From Candidatus Undivivens industriae (GTDB lineage: Bacteria > Omnitrophota > Gorgyraeia > Gygaellales > Profunditerraquicolaceae): a stretch of DNA of 64,000 bases. Position 1 is the stretch's first letter. Every line of letters begins with the position of its first letter. Both the position numbers and the translations under genes were made by a program. The stretch is taken from NCBI GenBank assembly GCA_012514745.1, contig JAAYZR010000002.1:40962-104961 (forward strand). The letters are read 5' to 3'. Under the pieces are notes generated by a model. It was not told the DNA's origin, did no database searches, and saw only the letters and a list, made by a program, of their open reading frames with translations. Positions 9,173-17,126 of the stretch are shown piece by piece.

Positions 9173-10455
9173 AGAAGAAGTTTTTTGTATTGGCCGCGGT
9201 ATTGCTGTTTCTCGCCGCCTTCCAACTCTACTCGAAGCATGCCGCTTACGCCAAGGATAAATACCTTAAGTACCTGCCCCAGAACCAGTTTGTGGATATG
9301 GTCAGCAAGGACGTGAACAAGACCGTCTCAGAAGTCATTTGTTCTTATACCACGAATCTGTTCAAGAAGGTCAAAGAATGCGAAGCCTGCATAAACGCCC
9401 AGGCAACATGCCCGGACTGTTGTTTGAACAACGCGAAGACGGCGATCGCCTGCACGCCGTCCGCCGGGCCCCAGTATCAGTGTTCGGCTGCCCCTTTCAG
9501 CGCCTCCGATACCGCCGAAGGCTATTGCAGCGCTTACAAGAGCTGTATGTCGGGTTATACTTCTTCCCCCAATCTGTGTTCCGACCCGAGTTCTCTGAAT
9601 TGCCACAAACGGGGATGCGGTTCCACGGAACCGGATGGAGAATGCGACGGCTACATCTGCGACGAGAATAACCTTTCTCCGAAGACGCCGGCATGTTCCC
9701 CCGTCTCGGACAGCGGGCTGGCTAAATGTTCTTCATACTCGCCTTACACCAGCATCACCAAAATCTGTACCAAGACCAACCCCCATACGGGACAGTGCAT
9801 AGAATACCGTTACAAGTATGCGGTGAATCCGCAGTATCAATCCTGTATCAATAAATGTAATACTTATGTCGATAAATACAGGAATTGCCGGCAGACGGTG
9901 GAATGCTGCAAGAAGAATGCCTGCACCAGCGGATATTCGGCGAATTGCACACAGTCCGACTGCGAGATCAGGCTCTCAAGCACGGCCTGCGCCAATTATA
10001 CCGCCGGCGACTGCGTGGCGCTGGAAAATCAGGTGCTCGAGTGCCTGGATGCCGCCGGGGACTGCCGCCAGTGTTTTAAGGATATAGATTCCGATTTCGC
10101 GTATAAATTCGTGGCCAAAAGCCGGGAAAAGGTCGTGGTCATCTGGCAGATGTCCTCCACCCCCTTGATGACTCCGGCCGACGGCACCAAGACCTATTTC
10201 TATACCATGATCAAGGTGATAGACGATGAGAGCGGAGACGTCGTGCACCAGAGTTTCGTGAGCCAGAAGAATTTCAGCGAGGCATTCTCGGTGTTCGCGG
10301 CCACGAACGTCTCGGAAAAGACCGGCGATAATCCCGGTCTTGAAGCGGGCAGAAGATATCGTGTGAAACTATACTATTTCATTCCGGAAGTGGGAGAAGG
10401 CCTTAAAATAGAGGTGAATACGGTGCAGATGATAATAATCAGGATTAGAGAATGA
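9163..10455 (+). CDS. secreted cysteine-rich protein of unknown function (about 40 Cys in the N-terminal 330 aa plus a Cys-free C-terminal domain)
   Basis: Start taken at MEMKKKFFVLAAVLLFLAAF (signal peptide), overlapping the pilin stop by 10 nt; no recognisable family. Confidence 0.6.
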   Translation: MEMKKKFFVLAAVLLFLAAFQLYSKHAAYAKDKYLKYLPQNQFVDMVSKDVNKTVSEVICSYTTNLFKKVKECEACINAQATCPDCCLNNAKTAIACTPSAGPQYQCSAAPFSASDTAEGYCSAYKSCMSGYTSSPNLCSDPSSLNCHKRGCGSTEPDGECDGYICDENNLSPKTPACSPVSDSGLAKCSSYSPYTSITKICTKTNPHTGQCIEYRYKYAVNPQYQSCINKCNTYVDKYRNCRQTVECCKKNACTSGYSANCTQSDCEIRLSSTACANYTAGDCVALENQVLECLDAAGDCRQCFKDIDSDFAYKFVAKSREKVVVIWQMSSTPLMTPADGTKTYFYTMIKVIDDESGDVVHQSFVSQKNFSEAFSVFAATNVSEKTGDNPGLEAGRRYRVKLYYFIPEVGEGLKIEVNTVQMIIIRIRE

Positions 10456-10510
10456 TAGCATCATCATCCCGTCCGCCGCCACGGCCCGGGATGTAAAAAA
10501 GGAGGTAGGT

Positions 10511-11257
10511 ATGTGGTACAGAAAAGTTGTTGCCGTTATCGCGTTTTGCGTCCTGGCTTCACCGGCTTTAGCCGAGAAGACCAGCATGACGGTCAATCCC
10601 GCGCCGATGACGGAGCAGGTGCTGGGAACGACGGAGGCGAATTTGCCGCCGGCTAAATTCCCCAAGTTCGCCAATGAAGGGGACAACGCCGAATGCAAGG
10701 AATATCTGGAGGCCCAGTATCCCGAAGGCTTGAGCCTGGCCCCGATCTGCACAGTCAGCAAACTCGGGGACGGGACAAAAGTGGGAGAATGCCAGGATTA
10801 CACTCAGATCCCGGGAATGGAAAAAGTTAGCTTCGAAGTCCCGGAGGCCTATAGAAAGACCGCCACCGTATTGGTTACCTGGACGATAAGAGTGGAAGGG
10901 TTGGGCACTGAGGGTTATACTATCTGGCCGCAGTTGTGTAACAGTTGGCACGGGACGTCGGAGCAGTCTTTTCCCCAGGACGTGGTTAAGACCCGGCTTT
11001 ATGTGAACAACACCCTGCTGGGGCAGGACGCGGTGATGACCATCCCTGCGGGGAACAGCGTCACCCTTACCCAGGTCCAGGACCCCACGCATACCGGCAG
11101 TTATCTGATCAAACCGAGCGATTTCGGCGGAGAACTCCCGGCGACCCTGGACATCCGGCTGAAATGGATAAACGAAACATCCATGAAGATCGTCAGCCCG
11201 GCCAACATGCGCAGTATGCTCATCACGCTGACGCCTATAGGTGATATAAAAGAATAA
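10511..11257 (+). CDS. secreted hypothetical protein
   Basis: 248 aa; signal peptide MWYRKVVAVIAFCVLASPALA; good GGAGG RBS at 10499-10503; 4 Cys; no family recognised. Confidence 0.55.
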   Translation: MWYRKVVAVIAFCVLASPALAEKTSMTVNPAPMTEQVLGTTEANLPPAKFPKFANEGDNAECKEYLEAQYPEGLSLAPICTVSKLGDGTKVGECQDYTQIPGMEKVSFEVPEAYRKTATVLVTWTIRVEGLGTEGYTIWPQLCNSWHGTSEQSFPQDVVKTRLYVNNTLLGQDAVMTIPAGNSVTLTQVQDPTHTGSYLIKPSDFGGELPATLDIRLKWINETSMKIVSPANMRSMLITLTPIGDIKE

Positions 11258-11276
11258 GAGGCGTTTTTTGGTAAAA

Positions 11277-11320
11277 CCCGCCGGCCGCGGCCTGGCGCAT
11301 GGCCGGCCGGCGGAGTTTTT
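11277..11320 (+). terminator. rho-independent terminator after the 10511-11257 gene
   Basis: GC stem CCCGCCGGCC (11277-11286) pairing with GGCCGGCGG (11305-11313), followed by TTTTT at 11316-11320. Confidence 0.55.
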
Positions 11321-11342
11321 CCACACTCAGTCCTGGGATCCG

Positions 11343-11497
11343 CAGGATCCGGGTGATCTCGGCGGAGAACTCCCGGCGGGCCAGGACATCCGGTTGAAAA
11401 GGATAAACCAAACGTCCAGAAAGATCGTCAGTCCAGCTGACTGACATATGCAGCACACCGTTACGATGACGCCCAGAGGGGATATAAAGGAATAAGG
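11343..11497 (+). repeat. degenerate direct copy (about 80% identity, with indels) of the last 150 nt of the 10511-11257 CDS; gene remnant
   Basis: 11111-11260 (…GGCGGAGAACTCCCGGCGACCCTGGACATCCGGCTGAAATGGATAAACGAAACATCCATGAAGATCGTCAGCCCGGCC…GATATAAAAGAATAAGAG) aligns to 11343-11497 (…GGCGGAGAACTCCCGGCGGGCCAGGACATCCGGTTGAAAAGGATAAACCAAACGTCCAGAAAGATCGTCAGTCCAGCT…GATATAAAGGAATAAGGA); the copy has an in-frame TGA and a frameshift. Confidence 0.6.
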
Positions 11498-11502
11498 ACA
11501 AG

Positions 11503-12324
11503 ATGACGCTAAAGCCTCGGGAAAACAAAAGCTTTACTCTGATAGAAGTCCTGGTTTCCATTATTATAGCCGTGATCATCTTCGCCGCACTTTCCAAAGG
11601 CATGGTCGGAGGAGGCTTCCTGCTTAAACAGGTGGAGAATAAGTCCCGCGCATGCGGGGTGACAGCGGCCAAGATGGAGGAGTATCTGGCCAAGGCGTAT
11701 TCTGCCCTGGAATCCGGGACATACAGCGGCGATCCCGTAGATTACGGCTCGAAGCCGGTATTCGACTGGACGGTGAAGGTAGAGAAAAAATGGATGGGAG
11801 ACGACCCCGACACCGTCGACCAGGAAGGAGTGCCTTACAATCTGATAACCGTGAATTCTTCGTATGATGAGACCGACTACAAGAATATCTTTCATACCAA
11901 GAACGTTCGGTTCGTCAATATGGTGCCTTACCCCTACGTTCACGCGGAGATAAAGACTCTTTCTTCCTCCTTAAGCGTTCCCCCCAACAGTTACACCGAG
12001 ATCTTCAGGATCAAGATAGATTACGAGGTGGCGAAAGACCTGATGATAATATATAATATCGCCATCAAAGTGAAGAACGCCGGCGGACTGGAAGCCACCA
12101 ATACCATATATACCAAGTGTTTCGTCGACTCAGAGGGCAAGGACATAGAGACGAGGACTCCCATCATAACGCAGCCTTTGATCAGCAATGTCGTGGGCGT
12201 CAACAACGTTCCGCCCGGAGAGCATACCGTTTCCGTGCAGTGGTATAAAGACACCGGCGCCGGGGACATTTCTTTGAAGGAGATCAACGTCATCGTGGTG
12301 GCGTTCGAGCACAAACAGTCATGA
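11503..12324 (+). CDS. prepilin-type N-terminal domain protein (minor pilin / pseudopilin-like)
   Basis: 273 aa; N-terminus MTLKPRENKSFTLIEVLVSIIIAVIIFAAL has the FTLIE motif with Ser at -1. Confidence 0.65.
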   Translation: MTLKPRENKSFTLIEVLVSIIIAVIIFAALSKGMVGGGFLLKQVENKSRACGVTAAKMEEYLAKAYSALESGTYSGDPVDYGSKPVFDWTVKVEKKWMGDDPDTVDQEGVPYNLITVNSSYDETDYKNIFHTKNVRFVNMVPYPYVHAEIKTLSSSLSVPPNSYTEIFRIKIDYEVAKDLMIIYNIAIKVKNAGGLEATNTIYTKCFVDSEGKDIETRTPIITQPLISNVVGVNNVPPGEHTVSVQWYKDTGAGDISLKEINVIVVAFEHKQS

Positions 12325-12908
12325 AGAGTAAAGAAGCTTTCACGATAATAGAACTGCTCCTCGGAGTAGTCCTGGTCAGCGCCGTGATGATGATCATCGG
12401 CCTCGGGTTTATCTTCTTCAAAAAACAGATCGATATCTACGCCGAGCGCCAGCATATCTATTCGCAGATCGCTTATACGCTGGAGGATATGAAGCTGAGA
12501 TTGATAAGCGCCACCTGGGTTGACAACGACTCCGTGTTCAATCCGCCGGCGTTTAGCGGTGAACCGCAGGTAAATAACGAGATGTTCTTTCGCGGGCAGA
12601 AGGATATCTACAATGTCACCCCGGACGATCTGACCGACGACATCTGGTATAAATACGCGGTAGACCAGTCAACCGGGGACCTCGTGCTTTATACCTATAA
12701 TTCCGGCAAGGCGCTGCAAAAAAAGGAAGTGATGGTGGAAGGCAAGTATAAACCTAAACTGGAGTTCAGCTATAAGAAAGGTTACGAACCGAATTTCTGC
12801 GTAGTCACCCTTACGGTGCCGAGCGGGCGAGCCAACTTCATCGACATCCAGAACGACATCAAAAAGATGGAAGGGCTGCGCATCTGGTTCGTCGACGTGG
12901 TCAGATGA
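12321..12908 (+). CDS. prepilin-type N-terminal domain protein (minor pilin / pseudopilin-like)
   Basis: 195 aa; N-terminus MKSKEAFTIIELLLGVVLVSAVMMI has the motif with Ala at -1; ATGA overlap with the upstream gene. Confidence 0.65.
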   Translation: MKSKEAFTIIELLLGVVLVSAVMMIIGLGFIFFKKQIDIYAERQHIYSQIAYTLEDMKLRLISATWVDNDSVFNPPAFSGEPQVNNEMFFRGQKDIYNVTPDDLTDDIWYKYAVDQSTGDLVLYTYNSGKALQKKEVMVEGKYKPKLEFSYKKGYEPNFCVVTLTVPSGRANFIDIQNDIKKMEGLRIWFVDVVR

Positions 12909-13246
12909 TAATAGTCGTTATAGCGTTGTTCATAATAATGTCGGTGGTGGTATTCGCTTTCTTCGCCTACATACCGAACGTCCATTATCTGATCGAGAAC
13001 GACCTGCTGCGCAGGGCGAATTCCAATGCGGCGCTTTACGGCATGCAATACGGCCAGCTCGCCTGCCGCGCAAAGACTCTCTCCACGGAAGAGGGAAAAA
13101 CAAACACGGCCTCCGTGGATATGGGGTATCTCAAGAAGACGGACAGCAAGGAAATAGACAAGCTGCTCTTCGATATAAAGTTATTATCGGAAGACGGCGG
13201 ACAGATGCTGGACATCGAAGTTAAGCACAGCCTTTCTTCACAATAA
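12905..13246 (+). CDS. small membrane-anchored protein, possibly an atypical minor pilin partner
   Basis: 113 aa; N-terminal hydrophobic helix MIIVVIALFIIMSVVVFAFFAYI; ATGA overlap (translational coupling) with the preceding pseudopilin gene; no prepilin motif. Confidence 0.4.
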   Translation: MIIVVIALFIIMSVVVFAFFAYIPNVHYLIENDLLRRANSNAALYGMQYGQLACRAKTLSTEEGKTNTASVDMGYLKKTDSKEIDKLLFDIKLLSEDGGQMLDIEVKHSLSSQ

Positions 13247-13265
13247 TCCTTTTTAAAACGCGATA

Positions 13266-14255
13266 ATGAAAAAAAACCGTATTATGATCCTGAGTACGGC
13301 GGCAGCCGTATTTCTCCTCGCCGCCGGCTCGGCGGCCCTGGTATATCACAAGGCCGTCAGCGAAAGGGAAGAGCAGAACCGCCGCATACTTGAGGCGCGC
13401 AGGAATGCCTGGAAGTCCCTGGAAGAAAGGCTGCGGGCGGACGCCTTTCGCAGCGCGGGGGTTGTCCCAGGCATTGTCGTGGAGGATCTTTCTACCGGCT
13501 GGAGGATAGAGATCAATCCGGACATGCTTTTCCCTTCGGCCAGCCTGGCCAAAGTGCCGATCATGGCTTCCTGTTTTCTCTCCGCCGCCGGCAACAAGCT
13601 TGATCTGGAGAGTAAGGTAAAGCTGTTGCGGCGGGACAAAGTCGCCGGCTCCGGAGTGATAAAGAACCTGCCGGACGGTTCGGTATTCAGCGTAAACGAG
13701 CTGATGACCATCATGATAACTAAAAGCGATAACACCGCCAGCAATCTGTTGATAGACCTTCTGGGCCGGAATTATCTGAACGAATCGTTTCATAAACTGG
13801 GGTTGAGAAACACCAACCTGGCCAGGAAGATGATGGATTTCTTCAGCAGAAAACAGGGCAGGGAGAATTATACTACCGCCAGGGACATGGCTTTTCTTCT
13901 GGAAGAGATCTACTACGGCCGCCTGATAAACAGGGAATATTCGCGCCGATGCCTGGAGATGCTCATGGCCCAGAAGATCCGCGACCGTATCCCGGCAAGG
14001 CTTCCTCCCGGCACGCCTGTGGCGCATAAAACCGGGCTTGAATACGGGGTCTGCCATGACGCCGGAATAGTATTTGTTCCGGAAGGCAATTTTATCATAT
14101 GCGTGCTTACCAGGCATAATTACAAGAATTCCTATCCTGCCAAGAGATTCATCGCCCGCATAGCCGGAAAAGTCTATGATTTCTACCGCACCGAGATCCC
14201 CCTGGCCACTGCCGCCGTCAGCGGAAAAAACAATAACTACGCCTCAGGGAATTGA
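13266..14255 (+). CDS. class A beta-lactamase-family serine hydrolase
   Basis: 329 aa with N-terminal signal/anchor; S-x-x-K (SLAK), SDN (KSDNTASN) and KTG (HKTGLEYG) motifs in the correct order and spacing. Confidence 0.8.
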   Translation: MKKNRIMILSTAAAVFLLAAGSAALVYHKAVSEREEQNRRILEARRNAWKSLEERLRADAFRSAGVVPGIVVEDLSTGWRIEINPDMLFPSASLAKVPIMASCFLSAAGNKLDLESKVKLLRRDKVAGSGVIKNLPDGSVFSVNELMTIMITKSDNTASNLLIDLLGRNYLNESFHKLGLRNTNLARKMMDFFSRKQGRENYTTARDMAFLLEEIYYGRLINREYSRRCLEMLMAQKIRDRIPARLPPGTPVAHKTGLEYGVCHDAGIVFVPEGNFIICVLTRHNYKNSYPAKRFIARIAGKVYDFYRTEIPLATAAVSGKNNNYASGN

Positions 14256-14368
14256 CCGCAGGTCCTTTCTTGCCGGCTTTCCTTTACTGCCTATATATGG
14301 CTGTGTACCGATCAAACCCGGGTTTCTCCGGGAAAAGACAGGGCCCTGGGGCGAGGAAATATTTTGGC

Positions 14369-14396
14369 TTGACATATATTTGTAGTATGCTATAAT
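14369..14396 (+). promoter_or_regulatory. consensus sigma70 promoter with extended -10 (TTGACA, 16-nt spacer, TGcTATAAT) for the TetR/efflux operon
   Basis: TTGACA 14369-14374 and TATAAT 14391-14396 with TG at -15/-14; AAAGGAG RBS and GTG start at 14431. Confidence 0.65.
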
Positions 14397-14430
14397 TTTA
14401 GTGTATACATCAAAATAAAAAGGAGCCGCG

Positions 14431-15108
14431 GTGAGCCGGGAAAAACATTCGTTGCGTGAAATAAAACACGCCAGGACAAAGATCGCGATTATGAAAGCCC
14501 TGGTCGTGGCCATGGAGAAGGCCCGCTATGACGATATCTCCATAAAACGCATCTGCCGGGACGCCGAGATCTCCGAGGGAACATTCTTCAATTATTTCCC
14601 GGAAAAGATCGACATCGTCCATTTTTTTATACATACCCTCCTGTTAAAAGCGATCTGGCAGGCTCAGCGGTTTGTCCCGGAGCGCCATAAGCTTCTCCTG
14701 GTGGAGGCGGTTATGGAGAATCTCGCCGGTTCTATCCCGAATGCAAACATTATGTATCAGTTGATCGCCGCCATGATCAACCGGCGGGAATTACCGCGGA
14801 AAGGAACTGTAACCGCGCTGGAAAGAGCTCTCCTGTATCCCGGATGCGAGGGGATAGAGGAGATAGAAATGACCGATATCGAGTCCTTCTTCGCGGAGTG
14901 TCTCAAAGGAGCGGTGAAGAACGGGGAATTGCCTAAGAAAACCGATTTGGAAGACGCCGCGGTATCCTTGATGACTATTTTGACCGGGACTCTGCTGGCG
15001 ACTAAATTCTCGGACAACGATAACGGGAACATCATGTACCATTTCAAACGCCAGTTGCGGATATTGTGGCGCGGCATCGGCGCCCTCAAGCGAGGCTGCA
15101 ATGAATAA
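14431..15108 (+). CDS. TetR/AcrR-family transcriptional regulator
   Basis: 225 aa; N-terminal HTH (ISIKRICRDAEISEGTFFNYFPEKIDI) typical of TetR; sits immediately upstream of an efflux pump operon. Confidence 0.75.
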   Translation: MSREKHSLREIKHARTKIAIMKALVVAMEKARYDDISIKRICRDAEISEGTFFNYFPEKIDIVHFFIHTLLLKAIWQAQRFVPERHKLLLVEAVMENLAGSIPNANIMYQLIAAMINRRELPRKGTVTALERALLYPGCEGIEEIEMTDIESFFAECLKGAVKNGELPKKTDLEDAAVSLMTILTGTLLATKFSDNDNGNIMYHFKRQLRILWRGIGALKRGCNE

Positions 15109-16447
15109 ACTTTGCCTGTGGACGGCTGTTTTCTTTGCCGTGGGACAGCCGGTTTTAACAGCGACCCCGGCGGCGGCAGAATCCGGCAGGAGCGTCGTCA
15201 GGGAAGTCGGCCTGGATGATGTGATACGCCTCTCCCTGCATAACAGCGAAGAGTTGAAAATACAGGATAATCAAGTGGGCAGAAGCGAAGGGGTCTATAA
15301 ACAAGTTCGCTCCGACATCCTGCCGCATTTAAACGTCAAAGCGGTCTGGACCAACAATATGGAATATCCCGATTCCGCTGCCGAGGATATGACCGACCAC
15401 GCTCTGGAAGGCGGCTTGAGCGCTTCACAGGTGCTCTGGTCATTCGGCAAAGTGGCGTTCGCCGTCAAATCCTCCAGGCAGTCGCTGGAGGCGGTGAAGT
15501 TCAACCGTGAAGCCGGACGGCAGGATATAATCTACGCCGCCAAACTGGGATATTACGGCACTCTTCTTGCCAGAAATACCCTGTCCATAACCGAGAAATC
15601 ATACGCTAATGCCGTTGAAAACAAAGAGCTTATGGGAAAACGCGCTTACGGAGGTCGCAGTTCAAAATATGAGATAATACGCATGAACGCGGAAGTGGCG
15701 GCGCGTATTCCCATGGTGAATGATGCCAGGACGGAATTCGATGCGGCCACCGAGACCCTGAAAAAGATGATAGATGCCGAGCCCGATTGCAAGCTTGCCC
15801 TCAGCGGGAATTTCTCGCAAGAATACGCCGATTTTAATTACGCGTCCCTGGTTTCTCTGATGAACGCGCGTGAACCGTCTTTGAAAAGCCTGAATAAGAA
15901 TATTGAAGCTGCCGAGTCGCAGTTAAGAAGCAGATATGGCGCTCTGCTTCCCACCTTATCCGCTTTCGCGTCTCTAAGCCGGGCGGGCGGCTCAAATCAG
16001 CATTCCTTTCTGCGTGGCGACAGGCTGGATCCATATACCAGCGCCGGACTGAAGGTGGAATTTCCCATCTGGGAAGGTGGATTGAAAGAAGCGCAATTAA
16101 GGCAGTCCCATGCGGATAAAGAGATAGCCGTTTTGCGCAGAAAACAGGCCGGCAAGGAACTGCTCCTGGAACTCAAAAGGTCCTGTTTGGAATACCGGCA
16201 GTACAAAAGCAACCTGGCGGCCAATATCGATGCCGTAAGCCTGGCCGAAGAATCTTTTAGGCAATCCCAGGAGATGTTCTATTCCGGGCAGATAAGCCTG
16301 GCGGATCTGAATGACGCGGAGCTGCTTTTGACGAACCAGAGGCTCAATAAGGAAATCACGCTTTACAATATAAATATCACACTCGCGAAGATAGAGAAGT
16401 TGATCGCGGGGGAATATGAAGAACGGGGGCGCGATGACCGGTCTTAA
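15101..16447 (+). CDS. outer membrane efflux protein (TolC/OMF family)
   Basis: 448 aa; signal peptide; two-repeat helical/beta architecture typical of OEP family; first gene of an OMF-MFP-RND set. Confidence 0.7.
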   Translation: MNKLCLWTAVFFAVGQPVLTATPAAAESGRSVVREVGLDDVIRLSLHNSEELKIQDNQVGRSEGVYKQVRSDILPHLNVKAVWTNNMEYPDSAAEDMTDHALEGGLSASQVLWSFGKVAFAVKSSRQSLEAVKFNREAGRQDIIYAAKLGYYGTLLARNTLSITEKSYANAVENKELMGKRAYGGRSSKYEIIRMNAEVAARIPMVNDARTEFDAATETLKKMIDAEPDCKLALSGNFSQEYADFNYASLVSLMNAREPSLKSLNKNIEAAESQLRSRYGALLPTLSAFASLSRAGGSNQHSFLRGDRLDPYTSAGLKVEFPIWEGGLKEAQLRQSHADKEIAVLRRKQAGKELLLELKRSCLEYRQYKSNLAANIDAVSLAEESFRQSQEMFYSGQISLADLNDAELLLTNQRLNKEITLYNINITLAKIEKLIAGEYEERGRDDRS

Positions 16448-17126
16448 GAGCCGAAAGATAATCTATGCGCTCGTGGTCGCGGCCTGTCTTTCTGCGATAG
16501 CCCTGCGGGTCAAGGTCGTAAGAGCCGGGCGCATCCGGCCCATCATCAGTTATTATGCCCAGTGGCAGAAGGACGGCAAACCGGTGGAGGTCAAGACAGT
16601 CGAATCTAAGGATCTGCCGGTGTATTCGCGTTTCACCGTGAAAGTGTCGGATGGGCGCCTTGCCGAAGGGTTCGTTACCGGCGACGTCAAAGATGTCCTC
16701 CGGGAAGGCCAGGACATATACGATGAAGACCGGGCGGTCCCGTGCGCAGCAGTCAGGAAAGCCGGCAAGGAACTGGACATAGGCACCGGGATGTTTCCCG
16801 TGCAGGTGATATTCAACTCTCCGCGCGATCCCGGGGCTTTCTTTGTGGTCTCCGCGCACACGAGAACGCTGCGGGATGTCCTTGCAGTCCCCAACGAGGT
16901 ATTGGATATCTCCGGAGGGGAGTATTTTATATGGCAGGACGATAACGGCTTTGCTAGGAAAAAGAAAGTTTCGGTCGGTGCCCGCGACGGTTACGGCGCG
17001 GTGATAACTTCCGGTTTGCGCTCCGGGGACAAGGTGGTATTCAACGGGCAGAGCGGCCTGCGGGAGAATGAGAAGCTTCTGGTTCAAGAGCAGCCCGCCG
17101 CCGTAGGTGAAGAGAAGAAACAATGA
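16434..17126 (+). CDS. RND efflux periplasmic adaptor (membrane fusion protein, HlyD family), short form
   Basis: About 230 aa; N-terminal TM anchor then beta-rich lipoyl/beta-barrel-like segments; positioned between the OMF and RND genes with overlapping stops and starts. Confidence 0.6.
   Translation: MTGLKSRKIIYALVVAACLSAIALRVKVVRAGRIRPIISYYAQWQKDGKPVEVKTVESKDLPVYSRFTVKVSDGRLAEGFVTGDVKDVLREGQDIYDEDRAVPCAAVRKAGKELDIGTGMFPVQVIFNSPRDPGAFFVVSAHTRTLRDVLAVPNEVLDISGGEYFIWQDDNGFARKKKVSVGARDGYGAVITSGLRSGDKVVFNGQSGLRENEKLLVQEQPAAVGEEKKQ

Noticed and set aside
10568-11693. Two minus-strand ORFs sharing a VYPFQPDV...REFSAEI segment
   Set aside because: The shared segment is just the reverse-strand reading of the duplicated 150-nt repeat. 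Both are antisense to, or between, the supported plus-strand genes.
13221-14117. 298-aa minus-strand ORF
   Set aside because: Antisense to the class A beta-lactamase-like gene, which carries the SxxK/SDN/KTG triad.
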